A stretch of 63,955 nucleotides of DNA, filler included, from Reclinomonas americana ATCC 50394 (lineage: Eukaryota), in NCBI GenBank assembly GCA_048213135.1. It is 7 parts of 7 records of this genome, joined end to end, with 100 filler letters (N's around TTAATTAATTAA, not from the genome) between each part and the next. Parts side by side here need not be neighbours in the genome. Positions count along the whole stretch, not along the records: positions 38,090 to 48,437 come from PS015979.1; positions 48,538 to 56,494 come from AFZH01016342.1; 5 more parts are not named here. One strand, 5' to 3'. Below, piece after piece: positions 43,491-56,594 of this stretch. Each line of letters opens with the position of its first letter. The stretch's first letter is position 1. Below the pieces are notes generated by a model, which was not told the origin of the DNA, searched no databases, and was given only the letters and a program-made list of their open reading frames with translations. Position numbers and translations under genes: made by a program.

Positions 43491-46060
43491 TCAACGCACC
43501 TTGAGCAATCGCTGGAACTCCGCCAGCGACATTCGCCGCACGTTGCTGCGCTGCAGCGCCGACACCAGAGGCGGCAGTTGACAGCTCTCTTTTAGTTGAT
43601 CGGAGATGTGCTGTGCCGCCAGCATCGACGCGTGCAGTGATTCCTTGTCGCCGCGTGTTCTTCGGAAGCGTGATGACTGTGTACGCAAAGTCATTATTGA
43701 GAGGCACGCCAGAGGGGTAACGAAGTGAGATGGGAGGAAACAGAGTGACAAACAGATGATTCGAGGAGAGAGAGAGAAATTGGAGAAAATGAACGATTGA
43801 CGAGGTGAGAGAATGAGCACACACGGAACAGGAGCACAGAGACACAGGTATGCATGCAAGATCAGAGTAAGACAAGAAGCGACAAACATAAAATGAAACG
43901 CACACGGAAAAAAAGCACACGATGCAGGCACACATGAACAATCAGTTTGAGCAAATAAGACACATAAAATGAAGCACACGAAAAAAAGCAGATGCAGGAA
44001 CGCATGAACAATATGAGCGAGAAAAGAAGAGACAAAAACATAAATGGAGCACACACAGAAAAGGAGCACACGAAACGGGCACGCATGAACAATCAGAGAG
44101 TGCAAAGAACTGACAAAACTTAATGAAGCATACACGGAAAACGAGCAAACGACGCAGGACAGTCAGAGAGAGCAAAGAAGTGACAAAACCATATATGAAG
44201 CACACGGAAAAGGAGCACATGACACAGGAACGCATGAAAGATCAGAGTGAGAAAGAAGTGACAACATAAAACGAAGCACACACGGGAAAGGAGCACACGC
44301 CACATCTACGCATGAATAATCAGAGTGAGCAAAGAAGAGACGAAACATAAAATGAAGCACACACGAAAAAAGCAGATCAGGCACGCATGAACAATAAGAG
44401 CGAGAAAAGAAGAGACAATAAAATGAAGCACACACGGACAAGGAGCACATGCCGCAGGTACGCATGAACAATCAGAGTGAGCAAAGAAGAGACAATAATA
44501 TGAATCACACACGGAAATGGAGCACACGACGCAGGCACGCATGAACGATCACAGTGAGCAAAGAAGAAACAATACAGTGAAGCACACACGAAAAGGGAGC
44601 ACACGATGCAGGCACACATGGACAATGAGAGTGAGCAAACAAGAGACAATATAATGAAGCGCACACGGAAAAGGGAGCACGCGCCACAGGCACGCATGAA
44701 CAATCAAAGAAAGAAAAAGTGACAAAAAAACCCCTGCTCCTCTCATCCCCACCCCCTTTCCCCTCCAGAATCACGCACCACAACGTCACCCTCCGCCGCC
44801 TGCTCCTCCCCACCATCCGCCGCCTCGTCCGGCTCGCGGAACGCCACAGCTCGGACCGCCGGCGTATCACGCGGCGGTGAAATGCGCACGGCAGGAATCA
44901 GCAGCGCGGGTGGTGCGGGCGAGGCCGTGACAAACGCGGGCACGTCGGTTTCGAAATCCGCCAGACCGACAGCGGTGGAATAGCGATCAAACGAGTAGTC
45001 CGACAGGGAGTTGACGGGCGAGTGGCGACCTGCCAAGAAGGACAAGGGATCAGCAAGGCATCATCACCCCATTCACGCGCACGAGCTCACCGTTCCCCAC
45101 TGTCGATACAGGAGAGTGGCGACCTGCAACAAAAGAGAGAAGAGATCAGCAAGGCACAAAAACCTCCTTCTCATACGACCTCACCGTTGCCCACTGCCGA
45201 TACGGGGGAGTGGCGACCTGCAACGAAAAGAAAAGGGATCAGCAGGGCCCCTTCCTCTCACCCCTTCCACCCAATACGTGAGCTCACCGCTTCCCATTGC
45301 CGATACCGGCGAGTGGCGACCTGCAACGAAAAGAAAAGGGATCAGCAGGGCCCCTTCCTCTCACCCCGCCCCTTACGTGAGCTCACCGCTTCCCACTGCA
45401 GAGACGGGCGAGTGGCGACCTGCGCGACAAAAAAGAGAAGGGATGAGAGCAATGCACTGTCACCTCCCTTCTCCTCAGAGCTCACCATTGCCCATTGCCG
45501 AGAGGGGCGGCGACACGGAGCGCAGGTACCGCGAAATCGGCAAATCCTCGACATCGGGTTCGGGCGACGGCTGCAGGCGACCGCTGGTGCGCCGCAACGA
45601 CTGCAGCAGTCCGCGCGTCTCGGCCATTTCACGATCGAGCGTCTGCATGCGCTGGCGCACGAGCATCTTGGCGGGCGAGTCGGTGGCGGCCACATTGGAG
45701 AACGCCAGCGCGAGCATCACCTGCGCCTGCTCCATCTCCTGCAGCGCCTCCTCCAGTCGCAGCTCCATGGCCGGCGACGACGGCAACACCGGGACCGCTG
45801 CCGTCAGTGTGCTGGAGGGGGAGCTGTGCGGGATGACGGGGGGCGGCAGCGGTGAGGGTGATGAGAGCGCGCGGGCCAGCACGCTGGTGTAGGGCGATGA
45901 TGAGTCGGTGGTGAAGGTGGTGGTGGTGCGACGAGGGGGCGAGGGGGAGAGGCGGGAGTCGCTCGCCGGTGATCCACCGGAGGAGGAAGGGGGTGAGGAG
46001 GAGGGTGGGGAGGAGAAGGGCCCGGTGGCGTAGGTGGCCATGAGGCGTTCGACGTGGCTG
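43491..46060 (-). CDS. 3' part of an unidentified Ser/Pro-rich multi-exon gene containing four 33-nt microexons
   Basis: Coding-like exons 45486-46060 and ~44770-45029, with GT-AG-bounded microexons between them. The 5' end lies in the gap and the last exon is uncertain. Confidence 0.5.
43850..44710. repeat. Degenerate intronic tandem repeat
   Basis: gcacacggaaaaggagcacac...gcacgcatgaacaatcagagtgagcaaagaagagac recurs about ten times. Confidence 0.85.
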
Positions 46061-47155
46061 NNNNNNNNNNNNNNNNNNNNNNNNNNNNNNNNNNNNNNNN
46101 NNNNNNNNNNNNNNNNNNNNNNNNNNNNNNNNNNNNNNNNNNNNNNNNNNNNNNNNNNNNNNNNNNNNNNNNNNNNNNNNNNNNNNNNNNNNNNNNNNNN
46201 NNNNNNNNNNNNNNNNNNNNNNNNNNNNNNNNNNNNNNNNNNNNNNNNNNNNNNNNNNNNNNNNNNNNNNNNNNNNNNNNNNNNNNNNNNNNNNNNNNNN
46301 NNNNNNNNNNNNNNNNNNNNNNNNNNNNNNNNNNNNNNNNNNNNNNNNNNNNNNNNNNNNNNNNNNNNNNNNNNNNNNNNNNNNNNNNNNNNNNNNNNNN
46401 NNNNNNNNNNNNNNNNNNNNNNNNNNNNNNNNNNNNNNNNNNNNNNNNNNNNNNNNNNNNNNNNNNNNNNNNNNNNNNNNNNNNNNNNNNNNNNNNNNNN
46501 NNNNNNNNNNNNNNNNNNNNNNNNNNNNNNNNNNNNNNNNNNNNNNNNNNNNNNNNNNNNNNNNNNNNNNNNNNNNNNNNNNNNNNNNNNNNNNNNNNNN
46601 NNNNNNNNNNNNNNNNNNNNNNNNNNNNNNNNNNNNNNNNNNNNNNNNNNNNNNNNNNNNNNNNNNNNNNNNNNNNNNNNNNNNNNNNNNNNNNNNNNNN
46701 NNNNNNNNNNNNNNNNNNNNNNNNNNNNNNNNNNNNNNNNNNNNNNNNNNNNNNNNNNNNNNNNNNNNNNNNNNNNNNNNNNNNNNNNNNNNNNNNNNNN
46801 NNNNNNNNNNNNNNNNNNNNNNNNNNNNNNNNNNNNNNNNNNNNNNNNNNNNNNNNNNNNNNNNNNNNNNNNNNNNNNNNNNNNNNNNNNNNNNNNNNNN
46901 NNNNNNNNNNNNNNNNNNNNNNNNNNNNNNNNNNNNNNNNNNNNNNCGCGCGCTCTCCTCCTCTCTGTCTGTCTCTCTCTCTCCTCCTCTCTCTCTCTCC
47001 CTGCGTGTGTGTCTGTGTGTAAGTGAGTGAGTGAGTGTGCGTGTGTGTGTGTGTGTGTGAAAGAGCAGGATCGCTGGTGAATGCACTTTTCATCTGCGCG
47101 CTCGATCTCTCTCTCTTCTCTCTCTCTTTCTCTCTCTCACACACACATACGCACG

Positions 47156-47206
<51 letters not shown>

Positions 47207-47517
47207 TTCACAAGCACCAATGCAATCACTCTCTCTCTCTCTCTCCTCCTCCCTCTCTCCCTTCACCCACTCTCCACACACACACCTCCTTCCTCTTCTG
47301 CGGACTCAACGCCGACCGCAACCACTTGGGCACCGCAATCCTCTCCTCTCCATCCTCACCACCACCCTCCCCATCCTCCTCGCCTCCTCCACCACCACTG
47401 CCATTCTCAACTCCGCGACCACTGTTGCTGCTGCTGCTGTTGGTCAGCAAGCGCGCGCGAAAGAGCTCGTGGTGATGCAGAGAGGGAACAGTGGATGAAG
47501 GAGGTGGGGGAGAGGAG

Positions 47518-48437
47518 TTGGTGGTGCGAGGTGACCGTTGTGGAGAGTGGCGAGGGGAGGAGCGGCGAGGTTGGGCGCGTTGAGTGGTGGTGGTGAGTGT
47601 GGAGGAGAAGTAGCGAGGTGAGCGGCTGCTCATGGTGGGCGTTGAGTGGTGACAGTGATGGAGAGGAGTGGGACCGCAGCGGGGACTTCGATCAATGTTT
47701 GACTGTGGAGTTGGTGGCGATCGCTGGTTCTCGTTGGGTGTAGAAGTGGCGAGTAGAGTGGCTGCCTTAGGGTTCAGAGCGCTGGATATGCAGCTTTGTC
47801 TTCTGAAGTCGAAGCAACTGCGCATATGCATGCACAAGTACGTAGTGCGCGCGTACGCTGCGCGTGCACTGTTTAAATTTGCATTGATCTTCGAATTCGC
47901 GTGAATCGCTTTCGTTGAGAGCAGAAGTGGCGAGTAGAGTGGCTGCTCCAGGCTTTTCAGAGTGCTGGATCTGGCTAGCTTTGCAACCATGCCTTGTGAA
48001 ATCGAAGCAACTTCGCGGCTTTCGATATTTTCGCGGTGGCCATTGCAATTGGAGGAGAGGGATTGGTGGTGCGAGGTGACCGTTGTGGAGAGTGGCGGGG
48101 GGAGGAGCGGCGAGGTTGGGCGCGTTGAGTGGTGGTGGTGAGTGTGGAGGATGAGGAGAAGTAGCGAGGTGAGCGGTTGCTCATGGTGTTTGTTGAGTGG
48201 TGACAGTGATAGAGGAGTGGGACCGGGGACTTTTGGCAGTCGCGTGCTGGTTCTCGTTGGGTGTAGAAGTGGCGAGTAGAGTGGCTGCTTTAGGGTTGGG
48301 AGCGCTGGATCTGCAGCTTTGTCTTTTGAAGTCGAAGCAACTGCGAATGGCACACGTGCGCGCGTACACTGTTTGCATCTTCGCGCGCGTGAATCGCTTT
48401 CGTTGGGAGTAGAAGTGGCGAGTAGATTGGCTGCTTT
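47518..48437. repeat. Direct duplication, ~545-bp unit
   Basis: ttggtggtgcgaggtgaccgttgtggagagtggcg at ~47518 and ~48063, with continuing similarity. Confidence 0.85.
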
Positions 48438-48578
48438 NNNNNNNNNNNNNNNNNNNNNNNNNNNNNNNNNNNNNNNNNNNNTTAATTAATTAANNNNNNN
48501 NNNNNNNNNNNNNNNNNNNNNNNNNNNNNNNNNNNNNAACACTGTGAGAGAGCAAGAGCACGAGTGATGGACGACAAG

Positions 48579-48613
<35 letters not shown>

Positions 48614-48759
48614 TGAGCACAAGCACAGGCAGCAATTGAAGAAGACGAGTGCGCAACAAGAAAGACACTCTGAGAGGCCTTAACACTGTGAGAGAACACG
48701 AGCACGAGTGATGGACGACAAGTACTGAGACAGAGACTCTCACAAAGACAGAAATGCGC

Positions 48760-49124
48760 GCGCCAAAATCATCATCATCATCATCATCACCCACTCACCG
48801 CCATCCTCCCAGTCTTCCTCCCACAAGCCCAAGTCCGCCACATCCTCATCCTCCGCAGCCCACACTAACAAAACACACACAGCAGAGTAAACCAACTTGA
48901 CATGTCCTCACACACACACGCACACACGCGCACACACACACGCAGAGGCGCGCGCTCACCTTCCTCCTCAAACTCCTCAAACTACTCACACACAGACACA
49001 CACGCGCGTGAGTGAGCGCACACACGAGAAGACAAAAAAGCACACACGCGTGCGCGTCCCTCACCTCATCGTCACCGGCCAGCAGCTCACCCGCGTCCTC
49101 CTCTGGTCGTGTTGATGTGCTCAT
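48760..49124 (-). CDS. SEM1: SEM1/DSS1 26S proteasome lid subunit, short exons
   Basis: Spliced MSTSTRPEEDAGELLAGDDE|FEEFEEE|VWAAEDEDVADLGLWEEDWEDG matches the DDEFEEF...WEDxW signature. The 3' end is uncertain. Confidence 0.75.
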
Positions 49125-49204
49125 CGCTGTCACAAGTCGATTAGATGCTCGTCTGTCAGTCAGTCGATCGACCTAAGGTGCGATTCTTATCTTATCTTGT
49201 CACA

Positions 49205-50470
49205 ATGGCGAGTGGAAGCGGTGCTGGTGGCGATGTGGACGCTCCTGTGTGGCAGGAGGAGCTGCGTGAGGAGGCCTTTGGTGCGCTTGTCATCATCATC
49301 ATTGTATCATGCGTTTGTGTGCTTGCGATGTCATCATCTGCCTCGTATCGCCTTCTGTTGCCTTTTTGCTCCACTTCTGATGCTGTTCTCTTCGCTTCTC
49401 GAGACTGGCGCATTCGCATTCCCCATCGCTTCATTGCCCTATCGCATCTTTCTTCCGTGATCGTTTCGCTCAGGCACTCCTCTGTCGGTGCTGCTTCACT
49501 TCTGATGCTGTTCTCTTCGCTTCTCGAGACTGGCGCATTCGCGTTCTCCATCGCTTCATTGCCCTGTCGCTGCGCATCTTTTCCGTGATCTTTCGCTCAG
49601 GCACTCCTTCTCTGTTGCCTTTTTGCTCCCCTGCTGACGCTGTTCTCTTCGCTTCTCGAGACTGGCGCATTCGCATTCGCCATCGCTTCATTGCCCTATC
49701 GCATCTTTCTTCCGTGATCGTTTCGCTCAGGCACTCTCTCATCGACCTTCTCTGCTCCCCTGCTGATGCCTGTTCTCTTCGCTTCTCGAGACTGTTCTCC
49801 ATCGCTTCATTGCCCTATCGCATCTTTGTTCTATGATCTTTCGCTCAGGCACTCTCTATCGTCGTTCTCTGCTGTTGCCTTTTGCTCCACTTCTGATGCC
49901 TGTTGTCTTGGTTTCTCGAGACTGGCGCATTCGCGTTCTCCATCGCTTCATTGCCCTGTCGCATCTTTCTTTCTTGATCGTTTCGCTCAGGCACTCACTA
50001 TCGACCTTCTCTGTGCTTTTTGCTCCACTTCTGATGCTGTTCTCTTCGCTTCTCGAGACTGACGCATTCTCACTCATCGCATCTACTGCCCCTTCTCCTC
50101 ATGCTCCTTCTTCTTCTTCTTTTTCTCCTTCTCCTTCTCCTTCGCTTCCCCACTCACTCCCACCCTCTCCTTATCCTCGGTAGAGTTCGTGCGTCTCGCA
50201 CACGAGGCGCTGGTGGCCGGTAATCGCGCGTGGACCGACGACACCAACAAGGAGCACGGGCGACAGCGCACGTTTGTGCGCGATTCGCACGGTGGCCAGT
50301 CGTTCCCGCTGGTCATGGGCGTGGTCGAGTGGGAGGGTGTGCCTGCCAAGGAGGTCATTCTCCTCTCTTCCATCTTTGCCGTCCACCGGTGCGCCTGTTC
50401 TCACGCTCTCTTCTCTCATCGGTGCAGGTGATTAGCCGCGTCGACGACGACGTGTGGGATGAGCGGTGCG
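49205..50470 (+). CDS. N-terminal exons of a possible START-like domain protein, apparently truncated
   Basis: MASGSGAGGDVDAPVWQEELREEAF|EFVRLAHEAL...AW...TFVRDSHGGQSFPLVMGVVEWEGVPAKE|VISRV...WDE. Confidence 0.35.
49330..50070. repeat. Intronic tandem repeat
   Basis: gctgttctcttcgcttctcgagactggcgcattcgc...catcgcttcattgccct recurs about 6 times. Confidence 0.85.
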
Positions 50471-50486
50471 CGGTGGTTGGATGTAG

Positions 50487-50638
<152 letters not shown>

Positions 50639-50642
50639 GCAG

Positions 50643-53600
50643 GGAGAACCACCAACTGCGGCGGCTGCTTGCTGGCCACTGATGGGTTGATATTTACCGC
50701 TACCAACACCCAGTTCATTGACAACCAAGCCTACATGGGTGGTTGCCTTGTACTGTCTGGCTTCTCGTCGGAAAATTATGCAATGGCATCCGTCGTCAAC
50801 TGCACGTTTACGGAGGTGCTTTATTTCTGCTACCCTGCGCAAGACCTGCGATGTATTTTTTAACGGCGCCTCCGCAGTGTGTTTCTCTCCGCTCCGACGG
50901 AGGCGCGATAAATATTGGAGGGACGCTGATGACGGCAGTGGTGAACTCCACTTTCAACAGCAACACAGCGTTCCGCGGTGGCGCAATTGTTGCGGCTACA
51001 GTCCATCGTTCTCTCTCGCACGTGTCGCTGTGAGTGTGTCTCATTCGCTTGGCATTCTTGACAGATGGTGAACAGCACAGTGATACAATGGGTGCAGGAA
51101 AATTTTGGCCCGACTGCGGTACGCAATTTCGTTCCCTGTTGTGCGTCTCGCGCTGCTGCATGGCCTCACAACACATTTCTGTAAAGTACCCGTATGGCGT
51201 CAGTCTGTCTGGAAATCAGTTTGTGAACAACGCGGCGACAATGTCGGCACCAAGTGGCGCCCAGTTAACCGACGGCGTGGGTTCGTCGCGAAATGCCGCA
51301 GTTGTCATCTTTTCTCTTCTCTCACCGATTGCTCACAGGTGGTGGTGGAGCGATTTATTTTGACGGCAGCGACGTCGTGTTGCAGTCTCTGTTCGAAGCC
51401 AGCAGCAGCCCTGGCCCTGCACTTACCAGTGTCTACGCCAACGTATTTGGTACGAGCACTGCCATGTATGGCAACAGCACTGCGTCCGGTGTGTGGAGTC
51501 GAGATGCCTTCCGCACAGTCGATGCAATCTTAAATTCTCTTCCTTTAACGCGTGCAGCACCGTACTCGTTGTTCTGCTCCGATGCACCAGCTGCCATTCA
51601 GCCAGGTTTGCGAACCGCCAGTTTGGCTTTGTGCTGCACAAACGAATCTCTCCCTCACTCCCGGTTGTCGACAGGGTCGTCGGTGATCATCACGTGCTTG
51701 GTGATGGACATTTTCGGCAACTTCATCAATACCATAGTTGGCTTTCCGGTGCAGTTCTACTGCCCATCGTGCACGGTTGGTCGCATCTCGTGTCGATTGT
51801 GCTCACACTTGTGTTCTCCGTCGCTCACACATCCCATACACAAACACACGCGCAGGTCATCTCGCAGTTGATCAACACATTCGATGGCAACGCCACGGCG
51901 GTGCTGACGCCGATTGGTTCCAGCGGGAGCACCAGTGCGATTTCAATCTCGTCGTCGCAGCTGACGTTGCAGGGTGCGGTGACGTACCAGATCGCCCTGT
52001 CGGATTGTCAGCCGGGATTCGGTTTGCAGCCACAAGTCGGCTGTGTGTCGTGCCCGAGTGGATTCTACCAGGTCACGCCCACTAGTACCTCTTGCCAGCC
52101 ATGTCAGCAGGGTTTAGTGTGTTCTGGCGGTGGGCAGCTGTCGGTATTCTCCGAGTACTGGCCGCTGGTGCTGCCGAGTGGCGCCCTTCAGTTGCGTGCA
52201 CCATTGTTGTACGTGGTATCTCAAGTGCCTGACTTGCTTTCTTTTTCGACAGACCTCGACTGTGTCCTTTCGATTTCTGCTCGCACGGTGGTGGTGACGA
52301 CGAGCCCGGCTTCCAGTCGGAGTGGGCCGTGGGTCTGCCGCAGACGGTGGTCACTCGCAGTCTCGGCAGCGAACCGTCGACTCCCGTCGTTGTGAATGGC
52401 ACATTTTGCAAGCCCAACAGCAACCGCGATAGTGCGTCGCCGCTGTGCGGTCGGTGTATGGACGGCTACTCGGAGTGGTTCCACTCTTGCTTCGGTTCGT
52501 AAGTATTCTCATTCGCCCGTCGTGCCACTGGGCTCTCTCCTGAACGCCCTTTGCCTGCGCAGTGTGTCCGCACTGGCACGGGCGAATCGTGTTCCTCACT
52601 GTGATAGTGATTGTGTGCTTTGTGCTGGCGCAGCACATTTTGTCGCAAGGCAACAGCACACCGGCGCTGCGCATGATCTTCTTCTCAGTGCAGATCGGCG
52701 CATTTGTGATGTATCCGTCGTTGCGTTTCGCACGCCTCGCACGCGCAGGTGATAATGCTTCATTTTCTCACGGTTGCCGAGATTCGCAGAACGACACTGG
52801 CCACCGTGCAGGCCGTGTTTCACTTTTACATTACGGTGTGTGCATGAGAAGCGGCGTATCTCATAGCATGCGGCTTAAGAAACATGATTTTCGCAACAGG
52901 GTGGCTCCACTCTGTGCCCATTTTACGTCGATGGGCACGGTGAAGTACTGGTGCAAGTGTTTCTGCCTGTGGCGTTCCTGGCGGTGCTCTGGGTCCAATT
53001 TGTTCTCCACCGTATCCTCGCGTGGATCATCTTGGCGGTGGCGCGAGACAAGTCGGTTGAAGTGGCGGTTTGTCGCGTGGGTTGAAATCGGGGGTGTCGT
53101 TGACGACAATGTGGAGTGTGACTCTCTTTGTTTCCATTACGACAGCTTTCCTTCAGCACCATTGACAGCAGCGCCAAGGACAACACGACGGCATGGCGTC
53201 CGTGGGTCCGCGCATTCGCCAAATGGTCGTCTCTCAACTCGTACCTGCGAACAACGGTCGTGTTGGGTGTGTCCTTGTATGAGCCGATGATGTCGGCCAC
53301 CCTCAGCTTCTTCAATTGCTCCGAGTTGCTGGATTCGGTGCGCCACTCTTTTTCTGCTGTGTGGCTCCTGCTTGCTATCATGTGTCTCACATTTCCGCAG
53401 CACGTCAATTCGCTGACTCCCTCGTTCTACTGCTTCGATGCCGACTGGTGGCGCCTCATGCCGCTGTTCCTGGTGGTTGCACTCGTGGTCGGTGCTGGCG
53501 TGCCGACATTCCTCATTGTGTGGCTGCGCCGTATCGGCAAGGACCGGCAGCTGTTCCACAATCGCCGACTGCAGCGTCGGTATGGACCTCTGTATCAGGT

Positions 53601-54685
53601 GTGTGTGGGTGATGGAGAGAGAAAGAGAGAAGGAGGGAGGGAGGGAGAGAGAGAGAGAGAAGAAAGAAGAGAGAGAGAAGGGAGGAGACACAAGGTGGTG
53701 GGTGACTCAGATGCATTTAGCGCCGAGGGCAGTGTCATTTCTCCTCTGCGCCGTTCTTGCGTTGCGCTTGTCGCTCTTGCAACTCACGGCGCGCCACACG
53801 CAGCATTACCGCCCGCAAGTGTATTGGTGGGAGGTCGTGCAGATCCTGAAGCGTCTGGTTCTCGTCATTGTGTTTACGGGCGCGGCTGGTAATTCAAACT
53901 GTGATTTCTCATCTGCTCAACAAGCGTGCCTCTCACTTCGGCTTCCAGGTCATCCTCCTCTGGTGCTGCTTACAACGCTGCTGACGCTGGCGCTCTTTGT
54001 GGCGCTCATGGTGCACCTGTTTATCATGCCGTACACAAACGAGGTGCGTCTTGCGTGACGATTGAAGCGTGGAAAATTGTCTTGCTCACCTATTCGCGCT
54101 ACTCACTCGCAGTGGAACAATCATGTGCGCCTTGCGTTACCTGTGCGGGTATGTCATCGATTTTACTGCTTGCTCATTCGTGTCACCGCCTGTAGCTCGA
54201 GACCATTTGTCTTCTTGGTCTCATGTGGATCGGCATCATTGCCAGCACGTCGGCCGCACAATACTACAAGGACCTGTTGCGTGATGTCATGTAAGTTGAC
54301 TCTTGTCTCCGTCGCCATTGCTCATTTCGGCGGTGCTTTTCGCAGCTTGTTTGTCATTCTGCAGTCCGTGATGCTTGGCATCCTTGTGCTGCCGGTGGCG
54401 TTGAACATCTTCCGTGCCGCTGTTCGCCTCATTCGTTGGTGCCGCGAGCGACGCCGATTAGCCAAGCGGCGCTCGCGTACCTCCAAGGGCCATGATCGCG
54501 ATAGTGAGGCCACAACGGAGCTTGGCTCGCTGCGCGAATCGCTGCTCACGGAAATCGAGAGTCCGCTGCCGACCGCCAGACCCACTATCACAAGCGCCGC
54601 CACCGCCACCAACGAGTGCAACTCGGACAGTGATTCACCGCCGATGTCGTTTGTGGTGGACGACAGTGTGGCAGAGAAACTGTAA
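50643..54685 (+). CDS. GGAI/FxxN-repeat, Cys-rich, multipass membrane protein (protist adhesion-receptor-like); 5' part missing
   Basis: FIDNQAYMGG, GGAINIGG, FNSNTAFRGGAI and GGGGAIYF repeats; CVSCPSGFYQ...CQPCQQGLVC; several TM exons; YGPLYQ|HYRPQVYWWEVVQILKR...HLFIMPY. Confidence 0.75.
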
Positions 54686-54762
54686 TTTAACAATATTCTA
54701 GGAGAAAATAAACCAAATTGTTTTGCATTCAACGTCCCCGTCATTTTTCTTCGTCGCCACCT

Positions 54763-56250
54763 TTACTCAGTTCGTGTGAGCACATCGAGCGAGTACCGGC
54801 GAATCACGCAATCGCGGCCAGTGGCATAGAGGGAGTTGGTTGCCGGCGCGTAGCACACTGCATTGATGGGGTCGAATTCGGAGCCGGTGAACAAGGCCAC
54901 CTGATGGAGTGACCGACTGTCGTCGTTCGGCTGCATCAGCGTCACGTGGCCGTTGCCTGGTTGACGCAAGCGCGGTGAGATGATGGCGAGACCAGCAACA
55001 CCACACACACACACACACATACACATACCAGAGCCTAACACGAGTCCGGCGCCCACTCGAGTAAGCGTCTGAATTGGCGACGGGAACGCAGTGTCGCTGC
55101 TGCGAATGGGTGGCGGTGACAAGGAGGTGTCGGGTTTCCGCACGTCGAGCAACTGCACGAGGCCCGACTCGCGTCCAATCGCCACCGAGAACGGCGACTC
55201 CAGACCAGGAGCCAGGCACAGAATGGGATCACCGTCGACCTCCGACAGCGTTGTGACCTGCAATACCCAGCGTGTGAGAGGGAGAGGGAGAGATGTGTTC
55301 CGCCGGTAAGTGCAGGAAATACGCACCCTGCTGCGTTCGCGCACATCCCACACCAAACACGTGCCGTCGGCGGCGCCAGTCACGCACACTTTGCCGTCGG
55401 TGCCGACCTCGCCGCCAGTAGCAGCAGCAGCAACTGGAGAATCAGCGCTACCACCAATATCCAACAAGCGGCATGCCAGCAGCGGCGACACTCCACCGTC
55501 GAATGTGTGGATACTGCGATGGCGAGCCAGGCAAAAACATGGGTTTCACAGACACGGACGTGCACAGAGAGAGTGAGAGACGCACCATGCAGCCGATGAA
55601 CAGTCCCACAGCTTGAGTTGTCCATCGGAGGCACACGCTACGCGATACGATGAACACGAGAAGGACAGGCCACTCCCCTCCACGTGCCCACGCAACTCAC
55701 AACATTCCGACCACGCTCCACAAAGTCCATGCCATTAATCGCACCCGCATGACCACGCAACGTGGCCCCGACCCACGCATCCTCCACCCGCCACACTCGC
55801 AACTGCATATCCGCCCCACCCGACGCCACCACCTGCCCCGACGGAAAGAACCGACACACATACACCCCCACACCCATGCTCTCATGCTCCCGAAACACCA
55901 ATCGCGGTCGCCCCGTCACCGCCGACCACACCACGACTCCTCCACGCGCGTCACCACTGACTCCCCAATCACCGACCACATCCGCACTGTGCACGCACAT
56001 GGCCGCACGACGATGCAACTGATCCCATGCAGCATTCGCCGCCACGACAGTCACCGAGGCCGCGCTGTGCTCATCCGCAGCAATCACATCCACGCGCACA
56101 GCATCGCCACTCATCAGTGAGCGACAGAGTCCTTCTTGTTCTCCTTCGCCCTCCACTGGCACTGATGATGATGCTGCTGATGGAACAAGGCGATGTGCGC
56201 GAAAGGGACCTTCTGTGCAGTGTTCTCCGACGATGCGACCGTGAACTGTG
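54763..56250 (-). CDS. PAAF1: Proteasomal ATPase-associated factor 1 / Rpn14 (WD40); 5' end missing
   Basis: CRFFPSGQVVASGGADMQLRVW...LRGHAGAINGMDFVERGRNVVS, then DGQLKLWDC and EVGTDGK. Confidence 0.85.
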
Positions 56251-56317
56251 AGAGAGACAGAGAGTGTAAGTGAGTGTGTGAGTGTGAGTGTGTGAGTGTG
56301 TGTCTTTGTGTGCGTAA

Positions 56318-56359
<42 letters not shown>

Positions 56360-56594
56360 AATACAGAGACTGTGAGTGTGCAAGTGAGTGCAAGTTCCAA
56401 GTGTGTGTGTACTAGTGTGTGCAAGTGTGTGAAAGTGTGCGCGAGAGTGTGCATGTCTGTGCTGTGTGCTGTGCGCAGTGCGCAGTGTGCTCTGNNNNNN
56501 NNNNNNNNNNNNNNNNNNNNNNNNNNNNNNNNNNNNNNTTAATTAATTAANNNNNNNNNNNNNNNNNNNNNNNNNNNNNNNNNNNNNNNNNNNN

